In this document: in pieces, positions 10,496-22,131 of the stretch
Layout: each line of letters opens with the position of its first letter
Position numbering within the stretch: position 1 is the first letter of the stretch
Source of the DNA: Nostoc sp.
GTDB lineage: Bacteria > Cyanobacteriota > Cyanobacteriia > Cyanobacteriales > Nostocaceae
Length of the DNA: 64,000 nt
Assembly (NCBI GenBank): GCA_036918135.1
Contig: JBALDB010000063.1
Span: forward strand, 21,105-85,104
Direction of reading: 5' to 3'
Made by a program: the position numbers and the translations under genes
The notes under the pieces: model-generated
Told to the model about the DNA's origin: nothing
The model's database searches: none
Seen by the model: only the letters and a program-made list of their open reading frames with translations

Positions 10496-10658
10496 ATGCC
10501 AAGGATGATTTTACAGTCTTTTTCATCTATTTAAACCACAATCCCCTCTAGGGGTGCACAGCTAGCTGTGCGCCTCAAGCATAATTTAACTGCCCTTCTG
10601 TCTGCCCCCTGCCTTTCAACTCCTGCCTTCTTTAATTACTCGAAAATTAGTGTAAAAT

Positions 10659-11618
10659 TCACACGCCTACTTTAGTTAGTTCCACTTCCCGCCGCCTGGG
10701 TATTTCATGAACCATGAAATCATAAGCCATGTCAGTATGGGGAAAAATTGCGCGAGCTTCCTGAAGCAAATCTTTTAGTTCTAAGTTATTTCCAGGAGCA
10801 TAGCGGGGACTAAAATGGGTCATAATCAGCCGATGTGCCCCGGCAGCTAAAGCTGTTTGGGCTGCCATTGTGCTTGTGGAATGCAATCGCTGAAAAGCCA
10901 TATCAGCATCTTGATGGGCAAAGGTGGCTTCGTGAATTAATACATCTGCATCATCAGCTAATTCCACTGCGCCATCACAAAAAATGGTGTCTGTACAATA
11001 GGCAATCTTACGACCAATCTCTGTAGGGCCGCACAATTCGACACCATGAATCACACGTCCATCGTTAAGGGTTACTGTTTCACCGCGCTTGAGTTGACCG
11101 TAAATGCGACCGGGAGGAATTTGCAACGCTTTGGCTTTTTCAATATCAAAGCGTCCTGTGCGGTCTTTTTCAGCTACGCGATAGCCGAAAGCTGTAATCC
11201 GGTGATGTAAATTACCGCAGCTGACGATGAAGTCATCGTCTTCATAAATGACGCCGGGACGGATGGCATGAACTTTAATCGGGTAGGAAAAGTGTGTGTA
11301 GGAGTAACGTGAAGCGGTTTGAATGTATTCATTTAACCCAGGTGGGCCGTAGATGTCAATTCGTTCTACATTACCAGCTAAACCGCAAGTAGCAAGAAGT
11401 CCCATCAAGCCAAAAATATGGTCACCGTGCATGTGGGTGATAAAAATTCGGGAGAGTTGACTGATTTTTAGTTCACTCCGCAAAATTTGATGCTGAGTGC
11501 CTTCGCCACAGTCAAATAACCATAGCTCTCCCCTTTGAGGTAATCTCAGGGCGACGCTGGAAACATTGCGCGATCGCGTGGGTACACCGGAACTCGTCCC
11601 TAAGAATGTTATCTGCAC
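10659..11618 (-). CDS. rnz: ribonuclease Z
   Basis: FLGTSSGVPT, DCGEGTQ, THMHGDH, HEATF and THFSPRY motifs. Confidence 0.97.
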   Translation of the reverse strand: MQITFLGTSSGVPTRSRNVSSVALRLPQRGELWLFDCGEGTQHQILRSELKISQLSRIFITHMHGDHIFGLMGLLATCGLAGNVERIDIYGPPGLNEYIQTASRYSYTHFSYPIKVHAIRPGVIYEDDDFIVSCGNLHHRITAFGYRVAEKDRTGRFDIEKAKALQIPPGRIYGQLKRGETVTLNDGRVIHGVELCGPTEIGRKIAYCTDTIFCDGAVELADDADVLIHEATFAHQDADMAFQRLHSTSTMAAQTALAAGAHRLIMTHFSPRYAPGNNLELKDLLQEARAIFPHTDMAYDFMVHEIPRRREVELTKVGV

Positions 11619-12148
11619 AACGTTCTTTAGTCTTCCTCTTGCTCAATTTGCAGCTCTATTTTCTATAGTGGCACGGTTGATGAGCAAAATACTTTTTACA
11701 GCCAAGTTAAGTAAGTCGGCGTCACTAATTGTCGTTGGAATCGGGCAATACCCACAAGGCTTTTAGCTTATTTGATTTTCCTTGACATAGCTTAATCTTT
11801 TGTACGGACTTACTTGTAATTAATTTTGCCAATAAGCTAGTCGGGTTTGAAGGGTGCTGATATGAATAACATGCCGTTTGAGTAAAGTTTTTAGTTCTCG
11901 CGCTCTTGCAGTACAATTTGGTTTATAGGCTAATGCCTGACGAACTTTATCTTCACAAGAGTTTCTTGAGGCAATTTAGATTTGTTTTTCCTAAGCGATC
12001 GCTTTATATCGGATTCCTATTTGATTGCGTGAAAAAACTCGCCTTCAACTCCAAAAGCCTGAGCGTCAGTCTAAAGGATAAATTTTCAATTAGCACATGA
12101 TATTACCTGTATATGCCAATATCATTTGAGTTGTAAATTGCTGTAGTT

Positions 12149-13048
12149 ATGTTCAAGCCTCGTTTTGTTCGCTTCTTTCGTCACCTCAATTGGCGCACGC
12201 TTCAAAAAACTTTCGCCAGGACAATTGAAAGACGACTTTTGGGATTAGCCTCCGAAATTGCTTTTAATGCCATGTTATCGTTGTTTCCAGCGATTCTTGC
12301 TCTGCTTACAGCTATTGGCTTATTGGCAGAATCTTTACAAAACACTTTTAAACAACTGGCGGCGCAACTGAGTCAAATATTACCTGAAGAAGCTTTGATT
12401 CTGATTCGTAATTTTGCCACTACAGAAATTGCCAATTCCAAAAACAGTGGTTTATTTTCTCTAAGCTTTTTATTAGCAATTTGGACTGCTTCGGGCGCGG
12501 TGAGTACTGCAATGACAGCCCTCGACCAAATCCATCAAATTCCTCCAGAACAGGTACGGCCTTTTTGGAAAGCCAAGCTCGTTTCTCTGGGCTTAACAGT
12601 GGGTACTATGTTGCTTTTGGTATTGGCTTCTTTTTTAGTGTTTACCAGCGATTGGCTTTTGGCAATGGTAGCACGTGAAAATGCTTCTTTAATCTTCTTG
12701 TTCGATATTTGGCAGCTATTACGCTGGCCTTTAGCTTTAAGTATTGTTGCTTACGCTTTTGGCTTTGTTTATCGCTACGGGCCAAGTGTGTGGAACTCAG
12801 GTACACCAATGATGCCTGGAGCTATTTTAGCAGCTGTTTTCTGGGCTATGTTATCTGCTTTATTTCGGCTTTATGTGGCGAACTTTGGGAATTATAATAA
12901 AGTATATGGTGCAGTTGGAGCTGTGATAGTTTTAATGCTTTGGCTGTCGATGAGTGCTGCTGTAATGTTAATCGGCGACCAGTTAAACGTAACTGTTGGC
13001 GAAGATATGCGTTCAAAAGCACAATCACAATCTGCCGAAAAGTATTAA
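12149..13048 (+). CDS. YihY/BrkB-family inner membrane protein
   Basis: ASEIAFNAMLSLFP and NFGNYNKVYGAVGAVIVLMLWL motifs. Confidence 0.92.
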   Translation: MFKPRFVRFFRHLNWRTLQKTFARTIERRLLGLASEIAFNAMLSLFPAILALLTAIGLLAESLQNTFKQLAAQLSQILPEEALILIRNFATTEIANSKNSGLFSLSFLLAIWTASGAVSTAMTALDQIHQIPPEQVRPFWKAKLVSLGLTVGTMLLLVLASFLVFTSDWLLAMVARENASLIFLFDIWQLLRWPLALSIVAYAFGFVYRYGPSVWNSGTPMMPGAILAAVFWAMLSALFRLYVANFGNYNKVYGAVGAVIVLMLWLSMSAAVMLIGDQLNVTVGEDMRSKAQSQSAEKY

Positions 13049-13144
13049 AAAATATTAATTGATAAATCCCTAAAGAAACTTTTACAAAAGTTCAATAGGG
13101 GAGTAGAATGTCTAACGATTGAATACAAATTAGCGATCGCTTTC

Positions 13145-13651
13145 ATGCCTGATTCTTCTTTTCGGTCTTCGATGATTGAACCTGATGCCAAAGCACCTAC
13201 CTTAAAGCGCCTGCGTCAAATAAGTCGGGTGCTGGATAATGCTATTACTATTCCCGGAACCAAAGTTGGTATTGGTATCGATCCAATTTTAGGATTACTA
13301 CCTATTGGTGGTGATTTTTTGGGAGTCATGTTTTCTTGCTACATCATTTTAGAAGCAGCACGGCTGGGTGTATCTAGAGCCGCCTTAGGCAGAATGGTTT
13401 TGAATGTAATTATTGATGGCTTAATAGGCGCTATCCCAGTTGTAGGAGACTTTTTTGATATTGCTTGGACAGCTAACAATTATAATCTGAAGCTATTGGA
13501 AGAACACTTAAAGTTTCCCAGCCAGCAAAAGAGTGCAGATAAGTGGTTTATCATTGCCGTTTTGGCTGGATTATTGCTAATTTCCATTGTCTTAGTAGCA
13601 TTACCTGTGATACTAATTAGAATAGTGTGGAACGCCTTAACTGGCACTTAA
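13145..13651 (+). CDS. DUF4112 family membrane protein
   Basis: LDNAITIPGT..GIDPILGLLPIGGD and GAIPVVGDFFD motifs. Confidence 0.88.
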   Translation: MPDSSFRSSMIEPDAKAPTLKRLRQISRVLDNAITIPGTKVGIGIDPILGLLPIGGDFLGVMFSCYIILEAARLGVSRAALGRMVLNVIIDGLIGAIPVVGDFFDIAWTANNYNLKLLEEHLKFPSQQKSADKWFIIAVLAGLLLISIVLVALPVILIRIVWNALTGT

Positions 13652-13857
13652 ATTATCAAAATTTAGAATTTAGAAGTCATAATTAAAAAGACTCTGAAAC
13701 TCAAACTTAATTACTTGAATAATATTTAAAAGCTATATTTTATAATACAGAGATTTAAAGTTAGTGAAGTACACTATCTATGTCTGATAGCTAGGCACAC
13801 AGACGATTCTAATTTTGAATTCTGAATACTTACCTGAAATTATTGATTTATTAAGGA

Positions 13858-14793
13858 ATGAAAGACTGGTGGCAAGCCACTTTTCCTAAAGGGCGGCAAA
13901 ATTTGGTTATTAGTGATGCTTATGGGTATCCTGTACAAATTGCTTATGGCGAAGTAGGTAGAGGAAAACCGCTAATTCTCTTGCATGGTATGGGCAGTTG
14001 GAGCTACAATTGGCGCCATCTGGTAGCACCATTATCTAAATATTTTCGGGTCATTTGTTTTGATGCCAAAGGGTTTGGTTTTTCAGAAAAACCATTGTCT
14101 CGTAGAGAATATAACGGGCATCAAGTTATTGAATTTAAAAGAATTATTCAGGCATTATGCGATGAACCAGCAGTGATTGTGGCTGAATCTCTGGGAGGAT
14201 TAATTGCCCTTGCCATTGCTCAAGAACATCCTCAATTAATCGGGCGGTTAGTAGTAGTAAACGTACCTATCTTTCCAGAACGTTTACCCCATTGGGCGAT
14301 GTGGTTACTTGCCCAAACACCTTTAGAAATTATGCAAACAATAGACTCCTTGCGTCTGGCATATATGTTTGCACCTTTATTCAGAGAAATTATGGCAATA
14401 GAAAGACGTGCAGTACTATTCGATCCTTCAATTCTGACACAAGAGGATATTTATTGGATAACTTACCCGTTTATTGAACTACCTGGTACAATCGCCAAAG
14501 TTGCTGAAGAATTACAAATAGCAGCGCGGGAAATAGAGAATTGCCAAGCAAATAAGCCAAATATGCTCACTAAAATTCAAAATAATTTAAGTCAAATTCA
14601 GTGTCCTACACTAGTTTTGTGGGGTGAGCAAGATAGTTGGTTTCCTGCTAGTCATGGTGAAAAATTACATCAGCAGATTCCAAATTCTAAATTCCAAATG
14701 TTGTCTAACTGCTATCACGATGCCTCAACTGGTGCTTCTGAGGTACTGTATACAGCAATTCTAGAATTTTTGCAAGACACTAGTTTTTACTAA
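13858..14793 (+). CDS. alpha/beta fold hydrolase
   Basis: LLHGMG, FDAKGFGFS, nucleophile elbow AESLGG, LWGEQD, C-terminal His. Confidence 0.9.
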   Translation: MKDWWQATFPKGRQNLVISDAYGYPVQIAYGEVGRGKPLILLHGMGSWSYNWRHLVAPLSKYFRVICFDAKGFGFSEKPLSRREYNGHQVIEFKRIIQALCDEPAVIVAESLGGLIALAIAQEHPQLIGRLVVVNVPIFPERLPHWAMWLLAQTPLEIMQTIDSLRLAYMFAPLFREIMAIERRAVLFDPSILTQEDIYWITYPFIELPGTIAKVAEELQIAAREIENCQANKPNMLTKIQNNLSQIQCPTLVLWGEQDSWFPASHGEKLHQQIPNSKFQMLSNCYHDASTGASEVLYTAILEFLQDTSFY

Positions 14794-15223
14794 ATAAAAA
14801 GAGAGTGGGAGGAAGCATATCAATCAGCTTTCAAACTCCCACTCTACCATTTGCTACTGAAGTGAACAGGAATGTATACAGACGTTGCTTGTGATTTGGG
14901 GGCTAATGCGTACTTCAACAACAATGCCCATATACATTTAAAATTCCTGTTGTAGCAAATGTTAAACCTAATTATTGATATTGAGTTCCTGTAAAAATAC
15001 TCTCCAAATAATTTAATATAGATACCTGATTTTATCTATCAATCAATTAGTAGATAGTATTTTTAGAAAAAGATTTGCTTGCTTGGTAGTCCCTGATAAC
15101 AACACCCTTGAAGTCATTTATCTTCTATAATTTAGCTTGGTTCATCAGAATATGGTTGCCATTTTGGCAGATTTTTAACTTTTTAAAAGCGGCTAAATCT
15201 CGATATGCCAATCCTAAAAAATA

Positions 15224-15255
15224 AGATTCCTGACTTCTTAGAGAAATCAGGAATC
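15224..15255. repeat. REP-like palindrome GATTCCTGACTTC...GAAATCAGGAATC (second copy 33975-34006), possibly acting as a terminator
   Basis: Two related palindromes, each just downstream of a stop codon. Confidence 0.6.
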
Positions 15256-15313
15256 CTAGTCACCTTAATTAGCAAAAAGTATTAATTTAACAAGTTTTTA
15301 CTTTACAGTATTA

Positions 15314-15970
15314 TTAATACTGACGTAAAATCGCAGATAATGAACTATCTTTACGAAGATCCATCAAGTCTGCTAAAGATTCCGGGCGCGTATCCAGGTG
15401 GTGCTTGTGTTCTGGTGGTAGAACCGTCACCAAATGCTTTGTTTTAGGTTGTGTCTGCATCATCGGCATTAGTTGTCGCTGGGGCACAAAAATTGGCTGG
15501 TTTTTGGGAAGGCGTGGTTCCAATCTTGTGTAGCGGGCTTCTGCCAAGCGTGCATGATGGTGATTAACCTGTTTTGGAACTGGGACTTTTTGCGGTTGCT
15601 TTGTCCGGTTGAGCGTTCGGAAAATGACCAAGCAACCACTACCACAGCTGAGGGCGATCGCAGCCACCATCCATAAAGGTGTAGGATTACTATTCTCAGA
15701 GGGCGTATTGATTGGTTGTTCAACGATAACTGGAATTTGCTCTGGTTCTTCTTGTGTTACTTGCCCAGCATTACCTAAGCTATACAAGGCAAAAGTACCA
15801 CCTCCGATAAACATAGCTAAAGACCCAGTTAACAATAGCCAAGGATGATGTGCAACCAAATATATCAGACCATTTGAGCTTTTTGTTAATCTTGATTTTC
15901 TGTTTGTCAGCTCTGGAGTGGCCCCTATTAGTTGGGTTGGCTCGTGCTGTACACTCTGACTTTTTTCCAT
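15314..15970 (-). CDS. hypothetical membrane protein (2 TM)
   Basis: 218-aa ATG ORF with two hydrophobic segments. Confidence 0.75.
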   Translation of the reverse strand: MEKSQSVQHEPTQLIGATPELTNRKSRLTKSSNGLIYLVAHHPWLLLTGSLAMFIGGGTFALYSLGNAGQVTQEEPEQIPVIVEQPINTPSENSNPTPLWMVAAIALSCGSGCLVIFRTLNRTKQPQKVPVPKQVNHHHARLAEARYTRLEPRLPKNQPIFVPQRQLMPMMQTQPKTKHLVTVLPPEHKHHLDTRPESLADLMDLRKDSSLSAILRQY

Positions 15971-16151
15971 GATTACTTTCAGATTTGTACCCCTCTAGTC
16001 AATAAATTGTACTGGAGGAGTCAAGCATCAGGTATCCGTAACAAAAGTTCAGATTCAAGTAACTTTTTTGTAAAACAAAGGCGACTAAATTTGGCTAACT
16101 TTTGCCGAAATTCTGTATTTATTGTGACTTTTTGGTGTATTTATCTGGAAA

Positions 16152-17252
16152 TTACTTCGCTGATTGTCTAGCGATCGCAAATTGAATTAATCGATCTACT
16201 AATTCAGGAAAGGAAACTCCACTATGCTCCCAAAGTTGGGGATACATACTAGTTGCAGTAAAGCCTGGTAAGGTGTTGATTTCGTTAATCAAAACTTCTT
16301 TTGTGGCTTCCACGTAGAAAAAATCTACCCTTGCTAAGCCTGCGGCATCAACAGCAGCAAAAGCTTGCGAAGCCATGTCCTGAATTTGGCGGGCGATCGC
16401 ATCTGGAATGGGTGCTGGTATCAGTAAATCTGCTTTACCTTCAGTATATTTCGTTTCATAATCATAAAAATCACTGTTATAACTAATCTCTCCAACGACA
16501 GAGGCTTGGGGGTGGTCGTTACCTAAAACGGCACACTCTACTTCTCTAGCAACAACGCCAGCTTCTACAATTAGCCGGCGGTCATAACTAGCGGCATTAT
16601 CTAAAGCAGCTTCTAATTCTGGGCGCGATCGCACTTTGGCTATGCCCACTGATGAACCTAAATTAGCAGGCTTGACAAAAGCAGGATAACCTAATGTTGC
16701 TTCAATTTCATCGCATAGTTTTGGAAATACGCAAGGATTAGACCACACTTGCGCTCTAGTTAAGGCCTTGTATTTCACCTGCGGTAGTCCCGCTTGCTCA
16801 AAGGCCATTTTCATCGCAATTTTATCCATCCCCATTGCCGAACCTAACACCCCAGAACCGACAAAAGGCACTTGCATCAAAGTGAGTAATCCTTGAATTG
16901 TCCCGTCTTCACCGTTGGGGCCGTGGAGAATCGGAAACCAAACATCGACTTGGGCAACTTGAGACGGAGATTGCCATTGGCTGAGGGTTTGGGTTTGAGG
17001 GCTGGATGTCAGTTGTCCCCCAGATGTTGATTCTTGAGATTCTAGGAGTGGGATGCCGCTTTCTAAAACCTTTTGAGGTGCTTCCCCGGCTAGCCAACGT
17101 CCATCTTTTTGGATGTAAAAAGGCAATATTTCGTACTTACTAGCATTTTGCTCTGCACTTAAGGCTTTAGCGATCGCCCGTGCTGAGTTGATTGAAACTT
17201 CATGCTCTCCCGAACGACCACCAAACAATAACCCCACGCGCAGCTTAGTCAT
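16152..17252 (-). CDS. ddl: D-alanine--D-alanine ligase
   Basis: [30 protein letters not shown] and [10 protein letters not shown] motifs; probable start MTKLRV at 17252. Confidence 0.97.
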   Translation of the reverse strand: MTKLRVGLLFGGRSGEHEVSINSARAIAKALSAEQNASKYEILPFYIQKDGRWLAGEAPQKVLESGIPLLESQESTSGGQLTSSPQTQTLSQWQSPSQVAQVDVWFPILHGPNGEDGTIQGLLTLMQVPFVGSGVLGSAMGMDKIAMKMAFEQAGLPQVKYKALTRAQVWSNPCVFPKLCDEIEATLGYPAFVKPANLGSSVGIAKVRSRPELEAALDNAASYDRRLIVEAGVVAREVECAVLGNDHPQASVVGEISYNSDFYDYETKYTEGKADLLIPAPIPDAIARQIQDMASQAFAAVDAAGLARVDFFYVEATKEVLINEINTLPGFTATSMYPQLWEHSGVSFPELVDRLIQFAIARQSAK

Positions 17253-17688
17253 TTTCAGTACCTTGAAACTCCTCAAGCAGATAGCGTATCACAACCTACA
17301 AAAGTTGCTATATTTTTTCATGATTTTTGGTGCGTTAGGACTAACGTCCATAACGCACCTTACCAGACTAAAGCCAATGGAGATTAAATTTTTCCGACTT
17401 GTGTGTATGCGAACGACTCAAACAGAGATATTTTGCCTGTTTTAAAACAGTTTAGCCATTAGCCAGAGGTTTGAACTTATGGCATAGGATGGAAGAGAAG
17501 ATCGGGGAAAAAGTAATTAAAAATCGCCCAAGTGGAAAAGGCAACTGATGTCAAAACAACAGCAAGAACTGGTGCTAGGGAAAGATACCGAAGAAAAAAT
17601 GCTTGTTGTTTGTTTTGTTTCTGCATATAATACTCCCAATATACTTAAATAGTGGAACAATTTATTTGTTGTTGCGTTTTTCAAGATA

Positions 17689-18165
17689 TTAAAGTTGTGA
17701 TACATTAACACCCTTTACTTTGGACGGGATGACAATGCCATAGTAAGCGGCAGCGAGCGCTGATAGGGCATTGAGCCAAACATTATTACCAAACAGTGGC
17801 ATTAAGCCGAAAAATGTCTTGCCTAAAGGCACTACTCCGATGATTGCCAATGCAATATAAGCAATTGCAAAAGTACGGTTAAATAAACGCGCACTGCTAG
17901 CACTGGTATAAGAACTAATTCCTAATAGTCCAACAGCGCAGTGCACCAAATTATGGAAAAAATTGGTAGGAAATAAACCAAATATATAACCAAACCCCGC
18001 GGCATAGATGTCAGCAGACTCATCTAAAGGAACATAAGATTCATTTGTTCCTGGTAAAGATACTAAAGCAGGTATAAATCCTGCTAAACCTAATATTAAA
18101 AAGAGAATTCCGATGGTCAAAGCACAGTAACGCTCTACCATTTTTGAGGCTTGGATATTTTCCAT
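17689..18165 (-). CDS. DUF4383 family membrane protein
   Basis: LGLAGFIP, FGLFPTNFFHNLVH and GNNVWLN motifs. Confidence 0.8.
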   Translation of the reverse strand: MENIQASKMVERYCALTIGILFLILGLAGFIPALVSLPGTNESYVPLDESADIYAAGFGYIFGLFPTNFFHNLVHCAVGLLGISSYTSASSARLFNRTFAIAYIALAIIGVVPLGKTFFGLMPLFGNNVWLNALSALAAAYYGIVIPSKVKGVNVSQL

Positions 18166-18382
18166 ATTCTTTTTTACTCCTGTGATGAGTCAATTTTTTA
18201 GAACAGCAATTGCTAACTAAAATCTCAAAATACTCAATATATTGATTCGATAAAATTGCTCTATTTGAGACAATTAGTAAGCTAAAAGTATTACTTTCTA
18301 TTCAACTGATAATCTAAAGCTTTATCTCTATCAAAAGACAGAACTGAGGTTTAAGATTAATGTTTAAATATGTTCTCCACGA

Positions 18383-19393
18383 TTACTCATTGTGTTTGAA
18401 TACTTGTGCTGCCAGTAATGTCAATAAAGCTCCAGTAGCTATGGCTCCCCACTGAAATAACGGCAATTTACCCAAGGAATCAGAAATACTGGGTATGACT
18501 AAGTTTTGATAATCTCCATCAACTCTGCTCTCTTCTGGAACAGATTGGTAAAAATTGTTGGGTGCATCCTCAGATTTGGCTTCGCCACTATGTTGTAGAT
18601 TAAAGCCAACAAGCAATAACAATGAATCTACCAACGAAGGCGATATTTTCTGGACTAAATCTAATAATTTAGCTACATCCCCAACTAAAAGGTCACGAAT
18701 TGGGTGTTCGGCTGCATAGAGGATGGCATCGGCTACAATTCTTGGGTCATAGTAAGGTGGTATTCCTGACGGTTTTACGCCTAACTTCGTCAAGCCATTA
18801 TTCCAGAAGGGAGTGTTAATCACAGCTGGCTTTACACTTGTGACACTGATGGGCCATTTTTCATGTATCAATTCGACGCGCATAGCTTCCAGAAACCCCT
18901 CAACCCCATGTTTGGCTGAGGAATAAGCACTTTGATATGGAAGCGATCGCCTACCTTCCATTGAAGAAACGTGAATTAATGCTCCTCGTCCTTCACGCTT
19001 GAGGTGGGGTAACGCCGCCATCGCACCATATACTTGACCCATCAAATTAACATCAATGACGTGTTTAAATTCTTCTGGTGTTGTGTTGTCAAAAGTCGCA
19101 AATAAACCAATAGCTGGGACGTGTACCCAGGTATCGAGTCGTCCATAAACCTCTACAGTTCGATCCGCGATCGCCCGAACTTGTTCAAATACTTCTACAT
19201 CAGCAACAACATGGGTTGCTTCGCCGCCAAAACCTCGAATCTCTTCCACCAATGACTTTAACTTTGACTCACCGCGAGCAGAGACAATTACCTTTGCTCC
19301 ACGTCTAGCAAATTGGAGAGCTGTATCCCGTCCGATACCACTGGAAGCTCCAACGACTGCTACGACTTGTTGATTAATTGGCTTTAATTGCAT
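18383..19393 (-). CDS. SDR family oxidoreductase
   Basis: GASSGIG and YSSAK catalytic motif; probable start MQLKP. Confidence 0.92.
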   Translation of the reverse strand: MQLKPINQQVVAVVGASSGIGRDTALQFARRGAKVIVSARGESKLKSLVEEIRGFGGEATHVVADVEVFEQVRAIADRTVEVYGRLDTWVHVPAIGLFATFDNTTPEEFKHVIDVNLMGQVYGAMAALPHLKREGRGALIHVSSMEGRRSLPYQSAYSSAKHGVEGFLEAMRVELIHEKWPISVTSVKPAVINTPFWNNGLTKLGVKPSGIPPYYDPRIVADAILYAAEHPIRDLLVGDVAKLLDLVQKISPSLVDSLLLLVGFNLQHSGEAKSEDAPNNFYQSVPEESRVDGDYQNLVIPSISDSLGKLPLFQWGAIATGALLTLLAAQVFKHNE

Positions 19394-19882
19394 GGATGTT
19401 ACTTCCAAAAGAAATTGAGGATTCGGGATGAAAATTATTTCCTAGAGTCCCCAGTCTCTAGTTCTTCAAAAGCAAGTTAGTCAGTTATTTATTCGTACTT
19501 AAAGTCAAATTTGGAATATTTATTTTCAAATGCTTTGCAGATGATAATTTTCAATATATATATAACTAAGCATGAATAAACATTTTATCTCAAGTCTCGC
19601 TCTTAATTTTTTCAACTATTAACAAAATATTTACACTACTAACCAAATATCTTCACTCTACTTGTTTTTCTATTTTAACAAAATTATTCATAAATATCTT
19701 TAATAGCGTTGAAGTTTAACTATGAGTATGAAATAGTACCTAATTCAAATTTAACTTTACTAATTAGTTTTTTTGTACGTCTAAAGAAACAACACAAGAT
19801 TAAGCTGATTTGTTATTTAGAATACGTAAATTGTAAAAAAGATGAATTGGCTGCAAATTCCAAATTGTGGCGATCGTGTATA

Positions 19883-20001
19883 ATATCATGTCCGGCAAAT
19901 CACCCGTAATATGTCCGAAGCAAGTGAAACGACGCAATTACAACGTTTTTAGGATTGCTTCGCTACGGTGGCAATGACAGTTATTTGAACGGACATGATA
20001 T
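19883..20001. mobile_element. MITE-like element with 12-bp terminal inverted repeats ATATCATGTCCG...CGGACATGATAT
   Basis: Perfect TIRs at 19883-19894 and 19990-20001; related ends at 30892-31063. Confidence 0.7.
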
Positions 20002-20119
20002 GACATCTACATATTTAAAAATAGTCACTCAGCAATCGTTTTGGCTAGGATAATACTTAATCAATCCAGTAAACATCAATTAAACTACGCACTAACAAAA
20101 AGCTATCTCAAATATTTTC

Positions 20120-20652
20120 CCTGCTAGTATTAGTTCCGCCTAAAATTTAAAATAGGTCTTACAGATTACTTAAATTGTAATTGCCAGCAATGTCAACAAT
20201 TGATTTAGGAGGGGCATTGAAAAAAGGAGTAATTGCTTTAACAAAACGCTGCCAATAGTCGATATATTCAGTATATTTTTGGGCATCACGTTGACTGTAG
20301 CGGGCAATTTCTGCACAAGTTGCTTCTACAGATTTGCGGGCTAAAAAATATTTGCCATCAGGATGAGGACAAAACGCTACTGAGTCGCAAACAAGATATT
20401 CTAAACCGTACTTGTGAAGTTCTAATTCTTGGATGACTGGCCCTAAAAAAATAAATAAGTGATTCATTGTACAGGGGTTAAATTTAAACCCAGGTGCTTG
20501 GTCTGGCATAAGTTCTTCGGTTGTGCAACCACCATCAGGAAGCGATCCGCCCCTCCAACAATAAGATGCTGTAACCAGCTTTTAGTATAGTAGCCAGCAC
20601 ACACCAGCCCATTGTGACCAGCGCCAATAATTACCACGTCATACGCTTCCAT
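20120..20652 (-). pseudogene. crtO: frameshifted, truncated beta-carotene ketolase (CrtO-type FAD oxidoreductase) remnant
   Basis: YDVVIIGAGHNGLVCA, then in shifted frames ILKAGYSILLLE and GGCTTEELMPDQAPGFKFN...FCPHPDGKYF...FNAPPKSIVDI. Two +1 frameshifts, stops after ~160 codons, remainder missing. Confidence 0.85.
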
Positions 20653-21041
20653 GAGTACCACTTGCAGGTTCGAGTATCTTCCCTGATGTTACAAAATACA
20701 TCAAACGTCTAAATCTTTCGTGAGTTATAGAATTTTATGGCGCAACACTTAACAGTAGGACTAGTTAGGGAATATACAACTTTTTCTATTATCAATAATC
20801 AATCTTATGACATCAGCAAAATAAGTAAGTGAGAAAAAACAAGTATCTAAAGGTAAATTATTAATGAGCCAGTGCCAAGTAGCAAATTTATTGGAGGCGA
20901 TGACCCAGAGAATAGATGAGTAGCGACAAAATTCGCTACATTGTTAAATTGGTTTTTCAAGCAGCAAATATTTCGAGGTTTTGCTGCCACAGTGAAGGAA
21001 AGGATTTGTTTGACCTTTACTAATCCTGTTAAAATGCATCG

Positions 21042-21890
21042 ATGTCAAAAAAGCAACATTTCTTAAACAAAAAACTCGGTTGGTCTTTGGATGAGCGAGA
21101 TCCAAAGTTCATCAAATCTCTGATGCCCCTCGCGGGCTTTTTATATGACTACTATTTCCGAGTTCAAACTAGTGGCTGGGAGAATATTGGACCTGAAGAA
21201 AAAGTCTTGTTTGTCGGTTCGCACAATGGAGGACTCGCAGCACCAGATATGACGATGATGATGTACGACTGGTTCCGACGCTTTGGTGTAGAGCGACCAG
21301 TTTATGGTTTGATGCATCCGAAAGCGTGGCAGGTTAGCCCGCCACTAGCGCAACTAGTTGCCAAGGCTGGAGCAATCATCGCTCATCCGAAAATGGCTTC
21401 CGCTGCCTTGCGCTCTGGAGCTAGTGTGCTAGTTTACCCAGGCGGAGCCGAAGATCTCTTCCGACCGCATTATTTACGTAACAAAATTTATTTTGTGGGA
21501 CGCAAAGGATTTATCAAATTAGCCTTGCGAGAAAATGTGCCAATTGTACCTGTGATTTCTTGGGGTGCCCACGATACGCTAATTATACTAACTGATTGGT
21601 ATAAAATTGTGCGGCAACTCCACGAGTGGGGTATGCCTTGGCTATTGGGAATTGACCCAGAGGTTTTTCCCATTTATCTCGGTCTGCCTTGGGGATTAGC
21701 GTTTGGCCCCTTGCCCAACATTCCTTTACCTGTGACCTTGTACACGCAGGTTTGTCCTCCAATTGTATTTGAACGCTACGGTCGGCAAGCAGCTAGCGAT
21801 CGCCACTATGTCAATCAATGTTATGAATTAGTTGTTAGTCAGATGCAGCAAGAGTTAGACAATCTAATAAAGCTCTCTACTAAGTCATAG
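21042..21890 (+). CDS. lysophospholipid/glycerol acyltransferase family protein
   Basis: HNGGLAAPD acyltransferase-type His/Asp motif, YPGGAED and GFIKLALRENVPIVPV. Confidence 0.88.
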   Translation: MSKKQHFLNKKLGWSLDERDPKFIKSLMPLAGFLYDYYFRVQTSGWENIGPEEKVLFVGSHNGGLAAPDMTMMMYDWFRRFGVERPVYGLMHPKAWQVSPPLAQLVAKAGAIIAHPKMASAALRSGASVLVYPGGAEDLFRPHYLRNKIYFVGRKGFIKLALRENVPIVPVISWGAHDTLIILTDWYKIVRQLHEWGMPWLLGIDPEVFPIYLGLPWGLAFGPLPNIPLPVTLYTQVCPPIVFERYGRQAASDRHYVNQCYELVVSQMQQELDNLIKLSTKS

Positions 21891-22059
21891 GCTAATACGC
21901 TGGCGTTAAGCCCAAAAAATAAATTGCGTAGCTTGGGGAGCCACTTTGTTGGATAGGCTTCCCGGCTCGTTGAGTGGCATTTGACAAACCAAACCCAACA
22001 TTTTCGGGATTATATTGGCTTATCACACGGTACTCATATTAGCTGCTAACTTTTATAAA

Positions 22060-22131
<72 letters not shown>

